A DNA stretch of 41,030 nucleotides, taken from Hyphochytrium catenoides. Taxonomy: Eukaryota; Protista; Hyphochytriomycota. A program made the position numbers and the translations under genes. This document shows positions 1 to 11,248 of this stretch, piece by piece (position 1 is the stretch's first letter; each line of letters begins with the position of its first letter). The notes under the pieces were generated by a model, which saw nothing but the letters and a program-made list of their open reading frames with translations, had not been told where the DNA came from and searched no databases. The stretch lies in assembly GCA_900088475.1 (NCBI GenBank), contig FLMG01001402.1, positions 1 to 41,030 of the forward strand, in the 5' to 3' direction.

Positions 1-1460
1 CCGGATGGAGGCTGCTATGAAGGATGAGGTTGAGGCCAAGGCTCGAACATCTCACCTGCGTATGCGGGCATACCAAGAAGCGAGACGAAGATATGAAGGA
101 GGAGAAAAGGTGCCTCCATCACCAGGTCGGTCGTGAAGCTTTTCTTTTTTCTTTTGCTCTCTTCACGTCTTTCAGCCTTTCCGACCATAAAACTGTGTGT
201 TCCAATTGTGGCTAACTCCACAGGCAGGCACTTCTGACATCCCTGAGGATTATATCGCTCAAGCATTAGAGTCTCTTCGCTTGATCGATGAAGCTAAGCG
301 AAAGAAGGACGAGGAGAATGAGAAGAACAGACTAAGATATGAGCAAATTCGACAGGTCACCAAGGCTCTTCCGTTCGCATAAGATTTTCTCTTCAACGTG
401 TCAGCTTGGTCCTTACCTTAGGCATCCCTTTCCCCCAACGTGCTTTGGAGTTTTACTTAAGCGTAGCTCTCCATGTTCTTCTTCGCATTCACAGGCTGAA
501 CTGGCGAGAAGGGAAGAAGAGTTAGCACGACGGAAAGCGCTAGCAGAGAGGAGCCAGAGACTACGGCTACCCTACCCTTGGAAGGAGGTTGTTGATGAAG
601 AGACAGGTAAGACGCGGCAAGTAAAGGCTCTCGAGACGAATCCACTCTAACGCTGTAACTGGCACAGGAAAGCCTTATTATGTGAATGAGTTGACGCAGG
701 AGACGCAGGTGCCATCTAGTCTTCCAAGCACTTTCTGTGCGCCCAGAATCACAGCGATCACCACTAACACACAGCCCATCCCGATCCCCCTTCTAACCTC
801 GTTCCACGCTCACCGAAGTGGGAGAAGCCCAACCCGACACGTTCGAAAACAGTGAGTCAACGGAGCGCAAGGGGTAAGTAGGGACTCTTGGAATAGGTGA
901 CCTTCAGTCTCTCTGGTTGACATCAACCCCTCCCAGTCACGAGGACTGCACTCTCGGTCGTTGACATGGAGGCACATCAGGAGAGTCCATGGGAGGAGCT
1001 TGTGGACGAGGAGACTCAAAAGCCTTACTACTACAATGCCCAGACCGGAGAGACGTCGTGGGAGCCTCCTAAAGTGTCTCTCACGATATCGACTAGGACT
1101 GACGAGCTGGTCCAGGTAAGAGTTAACAGAAAGATAAGTAGGTCATCCCCGGGTAACTACTGACAACTGTTTTCTTATCAAGCAGAGCGAAATAAGGGGT
1201 AAGTAGCACTGTCCTAAGCAACATGGTGCCAACCCCATCTGTGGGCTTTCTATTTTTGCTTCCCCTGCAATCCTCTCCGTCTCCTTTCCTGCTTTGACTC
1301 TTTGTCTAAACGCTAGCTCTCGACCGTTTGCCCTTCGTACGTGTCTCCTACAGATATAGCTGCGGATGGCTGGGAAGAGCTGGTGACCCAGGACGGCGAA
1401 ACTTACTACTATAATGCTGCCCTAAATGTGACCCAGTGGGAGAAACCCGGTAGCCTTTAG
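1..1460 (+). CDS. Multi-exon coiled-coil protein with three WW domains (5' end probably outside the window)
   Basis: Spliced reading gives WW1 PYPWKEVVDEETG/KPYYVNELTQETQ/WEKP, WW2 SPWEELVDEETQKPYYYNAQTGETSWEPP and WW3 DGWEELVTQDGETYYYNAALNVTQWEKPGSL, ending at TAG 1458-1460. GT-AG introns separate the exons, and the upstream part is charged and coiled-coil-like (AELARREEELARRKALAE). Confidence 0.85.
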
Positions 1461-1675
1461 AGAGACCTTGAGCTCTGATAGAAGTTAGCAACGGAAGGAA
1501 GCCCATCATCTAGTTCTCTGCCTCCAAAATCCTCCTTCCAGAGCTCATTTATCGTGAAGGATACATCTTGCATCGCACGCAGAGAAGTTTACAAGTAGAG
1601 CCACTACTTCTTGGCGCTTTGCGTGAGCACTTTCGTCTCACTGAGCGTCAAGCTTCTGCTTGGGCGTTCAACCCC

Positions 1676-4600
1676 TCAACGCTCCAAGATGAGAACCAGT
1701 TCGCAGTGTGGAGTTAACGGGAACAGATCCACAGGAATAGCAGCCGTTGGGCGGAATGGCTCTCCCCTAACATTCTGACTCTTTGGACCGCATAGTCTGC
1801 AGTGACATTGCAGTCAGACGCTTTACTCGTCACCGTAACATCTCCTGGCCTCCTAGTATGCTCTACTATGTCTTACCTTCTGATGTCGTCAACAAGAGAA
1901 CCGGTGGGGTTGCAGGAGACATAAACGAGGCGTTTGATTGGTGAGCAAGCCCGAATGGCCCTAAAAGAAGAAGTAGACGGGGTCAGGGCAGTGGAAGGAC
2001 ACGCGAAGGCCGGTAAGATAGGAGTACCCCTTCTAGGACCCTGTCCCGAAGATGAATAACCACTATCCAACGCTTACTTCATCAAGAGCCTTGGTCCACC
2101 TCTCTCTCCCTTCCTTATCCCCTGTCCAATTTCGTCCCGCCACGTTTACTTCCAGATGTTCCTTCTTATTTTGTTGTCCAGACGGCCTTACCGAGTGCAG
2201 TCATGGTGCAATCCACTTCGTGGTGGATCTACGATTGCGGAGATGGGCTTCTTCCTTTCCTGACTCTCCTTTCCTTGAGCCTTTAGTAGCTTATCAAGCA
2301 CAGCCTCAGCCTGAGTAGGAACAAAGTGCAGTGCAATAGATGAGAAGGAAAGTCCATGGTGGGAGCTCTATCAAATAAGGAAAGGTCATAGGAGTTGTGC
2401 CAGAAAAGGAGTGAGTTAGGTCATAAGAAGCAGGACAAGCACGCACTCGGGAGCAGATAAACTCTGCATTGGTGATCTCGTTCAGCTTGGCATTTGCTTC
2501 GGCATCTTCGGTAGCAGCTTTACACAGCTCAATGCCAACAACCTAGCCACATAACACACATCGAATAGTGGGGTGAGGATTCGATGAGTGGCATATCTAC
2601 GGTGCAGTTAAGAGGGACTCTTGGTGAGCATCTGACAAGAATATTAGTTAGGTATCCAATCAGGGACGACCTCCGAAACTGGAAATAGGCAGCTGCAAAC
2701 ACGTTCAGAGTAGGGTAGCATCAGGTTACTCCTGGGCATCAAACCTTCTCAACTTCCTTTGCGGTGCATAGACCGATGGTGCCCGTGCCACAACATACGT
2801 CGTAGACAGTGCTTTCATGACCCAATGCAGCATTGTCCCGTACCAGCTTGTAAAGGATCTCCGCAGCTGGAGTGTTGACCTAAATCCCATGAAGGAGGTA
2901 ACGTAGCAATGAAAGGGGTTAACAAAGGTTTACTTTCAATAACCCCGGATTGCCCCCTGCCTTGTGTCTTCAAAACAATGACCTTCACTGCTGCCTTTAC
3001 CTGGAAGAAAGCGTCTGGCGATACTCTGAACTTCAGCCCTGGCCAATGGAAGGATGAATCAGAAACAATTGTTAGAAACAAGCAAGGGACACAGACAAAC
3101 GGACATGCCAGTGGTTGAATGCAAGCCGGTCAACCAAGAAGGTGTAGGTGTGCCCCTTCCTACAGCTTACCCATGAGCTCTTCTAAGATAAACTCGTCGC
3201 CCCAAAGCCTTTCCATTGGATGGTCAGTGGGAGGACTGGACAATCCTTGATAGTCCTAAAAGGCACACATGGTTGGAAGCACACGAATAGAAGAGGGGAT
3301 GAGAATACGGAAATGCCGGTCGAGCAGACTTGAGAGTCTCGTAGCAGAGAGGAGTGAAGAATCAACGCAAAAGCACTCTGATTCCGAACGACACGTTTTC
3401 CGAACCTGCAGATACAGGGAGGTGAGCTTGAAACCAGAGCCTTCATCCGTCAGATACTCTTTCAGCGCTTGCTTTAGACCATTGACATCCTCATCTGAGA
3501 CCCCCTGCAGGTTCACCTGTATGGATACATTAGATCATTGTCATATCTGGTAATAATGTCCTCCTCTCGATCCCGTCCTGAGCTGAAGGATATGCCCGCT
3601 AACTAGGAGCCTCTTTCGTCAGAGTAGGACGAGTCCGACCTGTATTATGGCCATAAGTCCTCCGGTTCGCTCGCTGTTCCTGGCCGTAAGCTGTCTCCAG
3701 ACTCCCTGATGGGTGAGACGATTGTAGGGAGCGAGGGAAGACTGACGTACGCACTCCTGAAAGCGTGCGCATAGGGCTTTCATCACGGAGGGAACATTAG
3801 GACAATTCTGGGTACAAAGCGTTGTTAAGTGACGGACGTACAAAGTAGTGGCTGCCCTCAGCCAAGAATAGTGAAGGCGGCTGTACTACGGCACCAGGAT
3901 AGGGAAGGAAATGGAGTGCAGTAGGAAAGAAGAAGCATTCTGGGCTCAGCTCGATGAAAGAAGTGCCGTCCTACCTCGGGCGACTCCACCGTAATGGACC
4001 CTTCCTTGTACAGACCCACACGGAAGCCGACGCAAGGCTAGTCCAATGACAACAATAAAGCAGCAATGATAGGCGGATATAAGCAATGATCAGGAAGCAG
4101 AACCTGGCATCTAGGCTTCTTATTCCGGCCTCTCTTTCTCAACGCCTCGTCTTCTTCCCCATTTAACTCTCCATTCAGGAATCGGTACCAGAAGTCCTCA
4201 GAGTCTCTTTGTCGGTACTCACCTGTCCATGAAGGTCGTATCCTGCACTGAACTCGCACTTGTTTCTATAGCCTGTAACTACCGGCGAGGGAACAATGTC
4301 TCTCACCGCTACGGTCAAACCGTTATGGTCTGCCAAGAGTGGCTTCTCGCCCTTTTGAAGAGGTAGTGGAGGCAGAGCGAGAGAGGGAGAGAGCTCTTCC
4401 AACTCTAGTTCATTGACTTCGACACGTAAGGGCTGCTTTAATTGACGGACTTCGCCAGACTTCAACACAACGAGTATTTGACTCGAATGCGACACTACAG
4501 AGGAAGCCTCGGCAAGCCCAACCCAGGAAGCGGTCTCCATGGCGTCTTTGCAGATTTGTACATCAAGATTAGATAAGTTACTGTTGAAAAGGAGTCTTGG

Positions 4601-6882
4601 GAGAGGGGGAGTATGAAGCCAAGGGATTTAGGGAGGGAAGGTGATATGAGCCCTGTAGCACCATGATGGTCAAGGTGAGAACCAGAATGTCGGGGCAGGA
4701 TGTTCAAGAAGAGAGAGAACAACAAGATGATAGAGAACCATACAGATGTACAAGGAAAATGAAAAATTCGCAGGCACAGGTTGTTATCTTTGACACTCGC
4801 GACTCACCGCTCTTTCCTTCTAGGAATGCCCCATTTATCTGGACTAGAGCTCCATCCTTCTTGAGGGCCAACAGGTCACCGCTATGAGAGCAAAGAGACA
4901 TGAAGCCAGTACCTTCCTTGAGCTCGTTCCACTTGTGCGAAGGTCCGGCGTGAAGCAAGTCAGAGGTATAGAGCTGGGATGAGCCTCCGTTAGTTAGCGG
5001 CAATTTAACAAAGCACCCGAAGACAGGAAGGAATCGGGCTTATGCACTCACCGTGCCCTCTACGGATACGGCGACAACCAATCCTCCGTGAAGAGCCGCA
5101 GTCTCAAATGGGGCTGGGGATGTCGCCAATGCAGCCCACTGGGCGCTGCCCCCACTTTCCAGTCCCTTGTCTTCATCCCTACCATGATCTTGCACATCTA
5201 TGGCTACTATGGATCCAGAAGGGGTCACAGCTAAGAGGCGCCCCTGATATGAAAAGAGAGAGGTGAACTCTCCTCCCTCGGCTACACGGGACCAGGTATT
5301 GTCAGCTGTGAAGGAGACACACATAAACGGACAAGTTATTAGTATGGGGTCATGAGGGCTTAAGTCTTAGCTAGAGAGATAGCACGGCCAAGGAATGAAG
5401 GCAGAAAAGCTCACTGCAAGAAAGTGGGCCAACTTTAGACTATGGAATCGAATTTGCTGACTGTCTTTCTATTAAGCGAGGGCCGGAAAGTGAAAGAACT
5501 ATTCAGGTTGCCAAGGTGTGATCTTCCTACCTTTATCTCCTTCTGATTCTGCTCTACTACGGTCCTGCGTGTTGACACGGAATAGGCCATTCCGCCCTGC
5601 AGTGTAGAGATAGCAGCCACTTTGTAGCCAGGATGGCAGCTCAATAGCAGCACCTCCCTCTTTTTCCCCTCCTCCTTTTCTTTGCCCCATCCTGCCTCCT
5701 TTGTTCTTTCCGCCCTGCCCTCCTCCACTCTTCGCCCTCTTTATGAACTCTTTTCTGGTTGCTCGAATAATCTTTATCAATACCCGTCGCATGTTCACCT
5801 CCTTCTGAGCCAATTGACGGTCGTAGGGGACATGGCGCCAGGGGGCAACAACATCTGCAACATCCTTGGGTTCTGCGGTCCCAAGAGAGAGAGACGTGCC
5901 TTCATCTTCCTCGTCTCCTGCCTCTTCTTCATCACCATCTCTAGAGCCGGACTTCTCTTGAGTCTTCCGTCTCTTCTGACTCCTGTCGTCCTGTCTTTCT
6001 CCGCCTTTGGCTTGTCGCTTGGCATGGGCGAACTTCCTAGGGGGTGCGACCTTAACCTCCAGCAGCTTTCCCTTATAAGTCGTCTTGTTGAGTATCTGGC
6101 CGGGAAGGTAATGGATATATAAGCGTAGAAAGTTTCAGTGGACAAAGTGCCAGCAGATGGAGGCAGATGTCCCTTGAAATAGAGAGACAATGACGAAAGT
6201 GAAAGATTGAAGAGTCAGCGTAGAGAGAGATACCACTTCCAAATGCGTAAGGAAGAGTAGGGCCTGGGTCTACGTTCAGAAGACAGCGGATAAAGGAGGG
6301 GAGCGCAAAGCCAAGCAGACCTCCATCCCTCTGGTTCTTGCGTCCACAGAGTCAAACGTCACAAAGCCATAGGAGTCCGTCCGGTTCTGCCGCGAAAGAG
6401 CAAGGTCAGAGAGACTACGACTGAGGGGAGCTTACCCCTCTCTTTTCCTTCGTAGGCCGGAAGGCTGACTCCTATTAGACCTGACGTTCTTGTTCAACTT
6501 TTCACTCTGAATGCTTTGAGAGATTGGTATCATCCTGTCCCTCGCCTACCCTTACGTTATGCCACATTCTCCATCCTGGTCCTATCGTTTGCTTGGTCCT
6601 TCCTCCAGCCTTCCGACTATCGTCCGCCCTGACTCTCTTGCTGTCTGTTCTGCTTCAGGTGCATGTTACCTTATGGACATTTCTGTACTGTAGACCCTCG
6701 AGTTTGTTTAAGAAGTCCCTTAGTTTGCTCTTGTCCGTCCACTTGCCAAAGTTCAGGATACATGCCCGAGGATAGGCATCCATGGGTGTGTCCTCTGCTT
6801 CTGGATTCTCCGCGGGCTCCTCTACCCCATCTACAGCACTCCCCTCGTTCTGTGGAACAGGGACCTGCTCCGCGTCGTCCAT
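1676..6882 (-). CDS. TRMT2A: tRNA (uracil-5-)-methyltransferase, TRMT2A/Trm2 family, with N-terminal RRM and an internal propeller-like insertion; many introns
   Basis: Motifs occur in order across exons: RRM (ACILNFGKW...; RNP1 YGFVTF), DVADVVAPWRHVPYDRQLAQKE, SPVVTGYRNKCEF, VSPDAFFQVN, SAM motif YDVCCGTGTIG, VGIELCKAATEDAEANAKLN, DPPRSGLH, LVYVSCNP (catalytic Cys) and PVDLFPLTPHCE. ATG is at 6882 and TGA at 1676-1678. Confidence 0.93.
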
Positions 6883-7794
6883 TCTGTGCGCCAAGGAAGG
6901 TCTACGCTATATAGAGCTAAAGGAGATGTGACACTTAAGGCACATGAGGATGTCAAAGGAAGGAACCTATAACCCGGCGACCGGACAAGTCAGAAGACGG
7001 CCAATGCTTAAGAGTTACTGAGAGCGAGAGAATAGAGAGCTGGGGAGGACGAGCTGTGCACAGTCATCAGGAGCACGGAAGAGGCAGTAGTTGGAGGCGT
7101 GGTGAGGGTGAGAAGGAAGCATCCATGAGCGGAAGCTGGTTGGCATCTCTTGGTGATTTTATGTTCTGATCCTGCCTCCCTGCCATCTGCATCCAGTGAT
7201 TATTCCTCCATCAGTCCGGCAAGGAGGCCCTATTAGAGGAAATACAAAGCGTTCCGTTCCGAATGTCGGTGGGTAGCTGAGCAATTGAGTTTCTTCATAT
7301 GATGCGCAGTACAGTAAGTGAAATGCGGGAGACAGAGGGTTGAATCTATGGTTATAAATACGGCTAAGGAGATAGAGATGGCCTTTCACTTGGTGTGCAG
7401 CTGGATTGAGACTCGAGACTGAAGCCACCGCTCATTCAGTGTCCTCTGGGTCAGATGGTTGCAGGCTCATTTCAGAGACTCATTAGACCCCATAAAGGTC
7501 AGACATCCCGTCACAGAGCCAACGGAGGCCGCATTGTGCCTCACCAAGCTCAATGTCGCAGACTAACTCATCCAGGAAGCATAGACTCTTTCCTCCTTGT
7601 CACTGTCTGCAGGGCCTTGCGTAAGCTCTATCTAGCAGATGCAGAGAATCCGCAGTGTAAACGGCCGCGATCATCCTGCGCATTCAATGAGGGCTGGACA
7701 GTTATAAGAGAGGGTGATAAACGTAGCTGAGGCCAAAGGATACCACCGCACAACGATCCGTCCACCTTGTTTGACAAGTCGCATTACGGGTGCA

Positions 7795-8553
7795 ATGAAG
7801 AGCCTGTCAAACACTAGCAAGAGTCGACTGGATGAAGTTCGGCGCGCCGTCGCCAGAGACCTTTACACCAGCGATGCTCAGGCAAGAAAAAGAGGGCTTG
7901 GAGGAGCCTCAAAACCTATGAAGCGAGTGAAATAGTGAGTTGATCTCTTTCTTTTGTCCCATTACCTCCGACCTAAGAGTCTGCCCCTGTCAATAGCGAC
8001 CTCGTAGATATCGTGCAGGAACCTCCACTGCCCATGCCACCACCATCTGTCGAGGAGCTGCAGCTGAGAGAAAAAGTGCGCGCAGCAGCCTTCCGACGCT
8101 TTAGCCAAAATGCAAATCTCTTCAATGACATATTTAGCGAGGACGAGTCCACCGAACGGGGCCCACATGCCATGACGAACAAAGTCAAAAGCCAGAGCTC
8201 TGTCAAGAATGTGATGAAGCAAGAAGACCATTACTCCTTGACGGTCCTAATCAGTAAAATAGCTGAATGCGACTCGGAACTAGTTCAACTGGAAGGCAAA
8301 CAGTCAAAGCTCAACCATAGAGCGGAGAACCTGAAAAGGTAGAGTCGTAGGCCGTCAGACCCGCATCCTCTAAGCTTCCTCAGTGCATTTGCTGACAGAC
8401 TTCTGGCGTGGCAGGTATGAAAATATCAAGAAAGCAATTGCAAGCTCAAGGTCTCCAGCGACCATTCAAAAGCTATCAGAGAATATCGAAGCCGCCCTAA
8501 GAAAGCGGGATAGAGTCAGTGAGGAGGAGAAGCAGAGCATTATCTATTTATGA
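7795..8553 (+). CDS. Small three-exon coiled-coil protein; possible distant SMARCE1/BAF57 (NHRLI)/Snf6-like SWI/SNF subunit
   Basis: Phase-compatible exons are 7795-7934, 7997-8338 and 8415-8553 (donors GTGAGT and GTAGAG). The product contains AAAFRRFSQNANLFNDIFSE followed by a coiled coil. The family assignment is tentative. Confidence 0.65.
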
Positions 8554-8879
8554 GGAGTGGGACCGAGCAGAGACCATAAGTTCCCAAGCTTGAGCTGGTG
8601 CTATTTATTGACCTCTAAACTTGACACGCTCGGCCAGCATCAACCATGTACCTTTCCTATTCTTAAGGAGAGGCTTGTCGGGCCACTCTTTCCCATAAAG
8701 GTTATTGACTTATTGCCTGCTATGATGTGGATATGGGCAGTGGTGGACGACGCAGCGGAAGAAGAGAATTAAGTCATAATCTCCCGCTGAAAGAAAAAGA
8801 CGGGCAAAGGTGGTTGATGATGCCAAAGAGAGCTATAAATAGGATTATCTGTAACAAGGTGATGGCTATTCTCCTAAGC

Positions 8880-10145
8880 CTATCGCCATCTCTTGTCCTG
8901 ACTGTGGACCGCTAAGATATTGCCTGAGGCTGCCCGGAACATCCGATCAAATACTGCCAGCGTGTGCTCGTGCTGCGACCGGGAGACATCAGCCAAAAAA
9001 ACATGCGTCGCACCCTTAAACTCCTCTGTCCATCTAAGGACACCAAATAGACTGTTGGCAGCTTCTGACACAGAACCTTCAGGAGAAAGGTCTCTGTAAG
9101 CCAAGACCTTGCTTTTCAGGTGTGCTAGACTACCGTTGAAGTCCACGACTACCGCTTTCGCTAGATGCGAGGCAACATAAGACTCGTTTGCTAATTTGAC
9201 TTCCTCAGATGACTCCTCTGCCGAGTCAAAGGAAATAATGAATGTCTCCAACCCTGCGGGGGCATAGTGCGTGATCAAACCTCCTGGAGCTTGTTGGCTC
9301 TGGGAGGTATCTGCTGCGCGAGTCACGCTAATAACCTTTATCCTAGCCAATCCTGCTGCATCCAGGGCTTCACGTAGGGCTTGGTCCGACACCCCGCCTC
9401 GTCTAAACAATATCAGCTCGTTGGTGTCGTCGCAAATTTTGGCGACTGTCGATTCTATTCCAACTTGACAAGTACCGTGGCCATCCTCTTCACCGTTGAT
9501 TATACTGATAGGGCAGCGGCCAAGGTCAGCTAGCACATGACGGGCGGAGGTCGGACTGACATGGCCGAACTTGTTCGCACTTGGAGCGGCGATGGGCACC
9601 TTAGCTGCCGCTAGCAGTCGCTGAGCTATAGGATGTGCAGGAACCCTTATCCCCACGAACCCAGTGTGAGCAGTGACATCAGGAGGAATTTTGCTGCTTG
9701 CCTTGGAGATCAGCGTGAGTGGGCCTGGCCAGAAAGACTGGGCCAAGTGTATGAATATCTTACGACCCTGTTCAGTGAGCTCTAGCAGTGGGAACGCCTC
9801 TTCTAGATAGCTCACATGAACAATCAGCGGATCGGTCAGAGGCCTTCCTTTGTACTCGAAAATTTTGAGCACCGCATCTCGCGAAAGGGCATTAGCACCC
9901 AGACCATAAACAGTCTCCGTTGGAAAGGCCACACAATTCCCAGAGCGTAGCTCCTTGCCAGCTTGGTTGAAGTGCTCCTCACTAAGGGAGAGGAGCTTTG
10001 CTTCGCTGTGCTCCATCGCAATTAAGGCCCTTCTCGTCGTACTTGTCGTTCGACCCCAGAGTTGCCGTCCGGGCAGCTCGTTGACGAATGTGCGGATGAC
10101 TCTATGACAGGGTCTCTCCTTGAGGTGCAGGAAGCTCCTCAGCAT
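8880..10145 (-). CDS. SUA5: Threonylcarbamoyl-AMP synthase (Sua5: YrdC domain plus C-terminal SUA5 domain)
   Basis: Intronless 421-aa ORF with VAFPTETVYGLGANA, KGRPLTDPLIVH, FWPGPLTLI, VGIRVPAHP, PIAAPSAN, GIEST and linker APGGLITHYAP, followed by a C-terminal SUA5 domain. Confidence 0.96.
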   Translation of the reverse strand: MLRSFLHLKERPCHRVIRTFVNELPGRQLWGRTTSTTRRALIAMEHSEAKLLSLSEEHFNQAGKELRSGNCVAFPTETVYGLGANALSRDAVLKIFEYKGRPLTDPLIVHVSYLEEAFPLLELTEQGRKIFIHLAQSFWPGPLTLISKASSKIPPDVTAHTGFVGIRVPAHPIAQRLLAAAKVPIAAPSANKFGHVSPTSARHVLADLGRCPISIINGEEDGHGTCQVGIESTVAKICDDTNELILFRRGGVSDQALREALDAAGLARIKVISVTRAADTSQSQQAPGGLITHYAPAGLETFIISFDSAEESSEEVKLANESYVASHLAKAVVVDFNGSLAHLKSKVLAYRDLSPEGSVSEAANSLFGVLRWTEEFKGATHVFLADVSRSQHEHTLAVFDRMFRAASGNILAVHSQDKRWR

Positions 10146-10319
10146 ACTCGTCAGGTACCCTTTCCTCCTGACGGTTGATGTACAGCCAGACTCACATAGG
10201 AGTTACCCTGGCATGAACTCTGGATATGTGACGTGAAGCTCGTTCGGTCAGCGTCACACAGTGGCCCTTGCGGCTTCATTCACCCCAAGCGACACCGCTC
10301 CAAATAGATAAAGAGGGGT

Positions 10320-10682
10320 GTACTCTGTCTGTTTACCTCGCTTCCTCTCCCTGGCTCATCTCTCCTCTTCTTTCCCTCTCTCTCTCTCTGTCTGTCTGTC
10401 TATCTGTCTGTGTCTCTCTGTCTCTCTCTCTCATCTCTCTGTCTCTCTGTCTGTCTGTCTGTCTGTCTCTCGCTACCACACTCACACTCACACACTCATT
10501 CTCTTGGTTTTTAATTCACGCTCTCTTGGTCTCTGCCCTCCCTCTCTTCTCTCCTATCTCGGCCTCCTCTGTCTCCCTCCGTTCCCCCCTTTCTCCCTGA
10601 CTTTGCATCTATCTCTGTTTATCTCTTTCCCGCTCTCTTTGTCTCTCTCTTCCACTCTGCTTCTCTCCCTCTCTGTCTCCTC
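10320..10682. repeat. Imperfect CT/CTGT microsatellite (polypyrimidine tract) between divergently transcribed genes
   Basis: (CT)n, (CTGT)n and CA-rich runs are visible directly. They explain the spurious Ser/Leu-rich ORFs here. Confidence 0.9.
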
Positions 10683-11248
10683 CAGTCCGATGAAGCATCA
10701 GAACATTCTCATCCCAGCGCACCAACCAACCAACATCGGTCACCCAAAGAAGCACCGAAAGCTCTAGTGGTCCCCTAACAATGCTTAGACCAGAAACCAT
10801 CACATAGACCGCCTGTTCCATATCTATTCAGGATCAATAAAGACGTGATAAGAATTGAATGATCTTTATACGGAATACCACCAAAAGGACGCTTCCTCCT
10901 ACCCCGGAGTAAATGGCGGTTATTGAGCAATTGTGTAGTAGATAGGTATCGAGAAGAAAGCGCAGTGGCGCTGGCTACCCTAGCTGGTCCATCGGGAAGG
11001 TCCCCCTTAGGTGTACAGCTAGCGTAGTTCAACTCTAACAACAACAACAGTAGAACCTTCGGCATTGACACATCACTTCGATCTTTTGATCAGAACTTCC
11101 TGCACCGATCTGAAGCCCCACGTCATCACTGCAGTCGGATCTGAAGCTTGTGAAGATCTCAATCTTCAAATAGTGGGAGCAACCACATTATTGATTCTTA
11201 GTAGCGTCAAGCATCGGCAAGACTCCTTAAAAAGTGGACCGGTCAAGG

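Noticed and set aside
5795-6190. 131-aa minus and 146-aa plus ORFs as separate genes
   Set aside because: They are off-frame or antisense shadows of a TRMT2A exon.
1676-10145. Clustering of two tRNA-modification genes (TRMT2A and SUA5) as a functional unit
   Set aside because: An unrelated opposite-strand gene separates them, and no shared regulatory element was seen. Chance adjacency is sufficient in a eukaryote.
10268-10821. Ser/Leu-rich and Arg/Glu-rich ORFs
   Set aside because: They are translations of the CT microsatellite.
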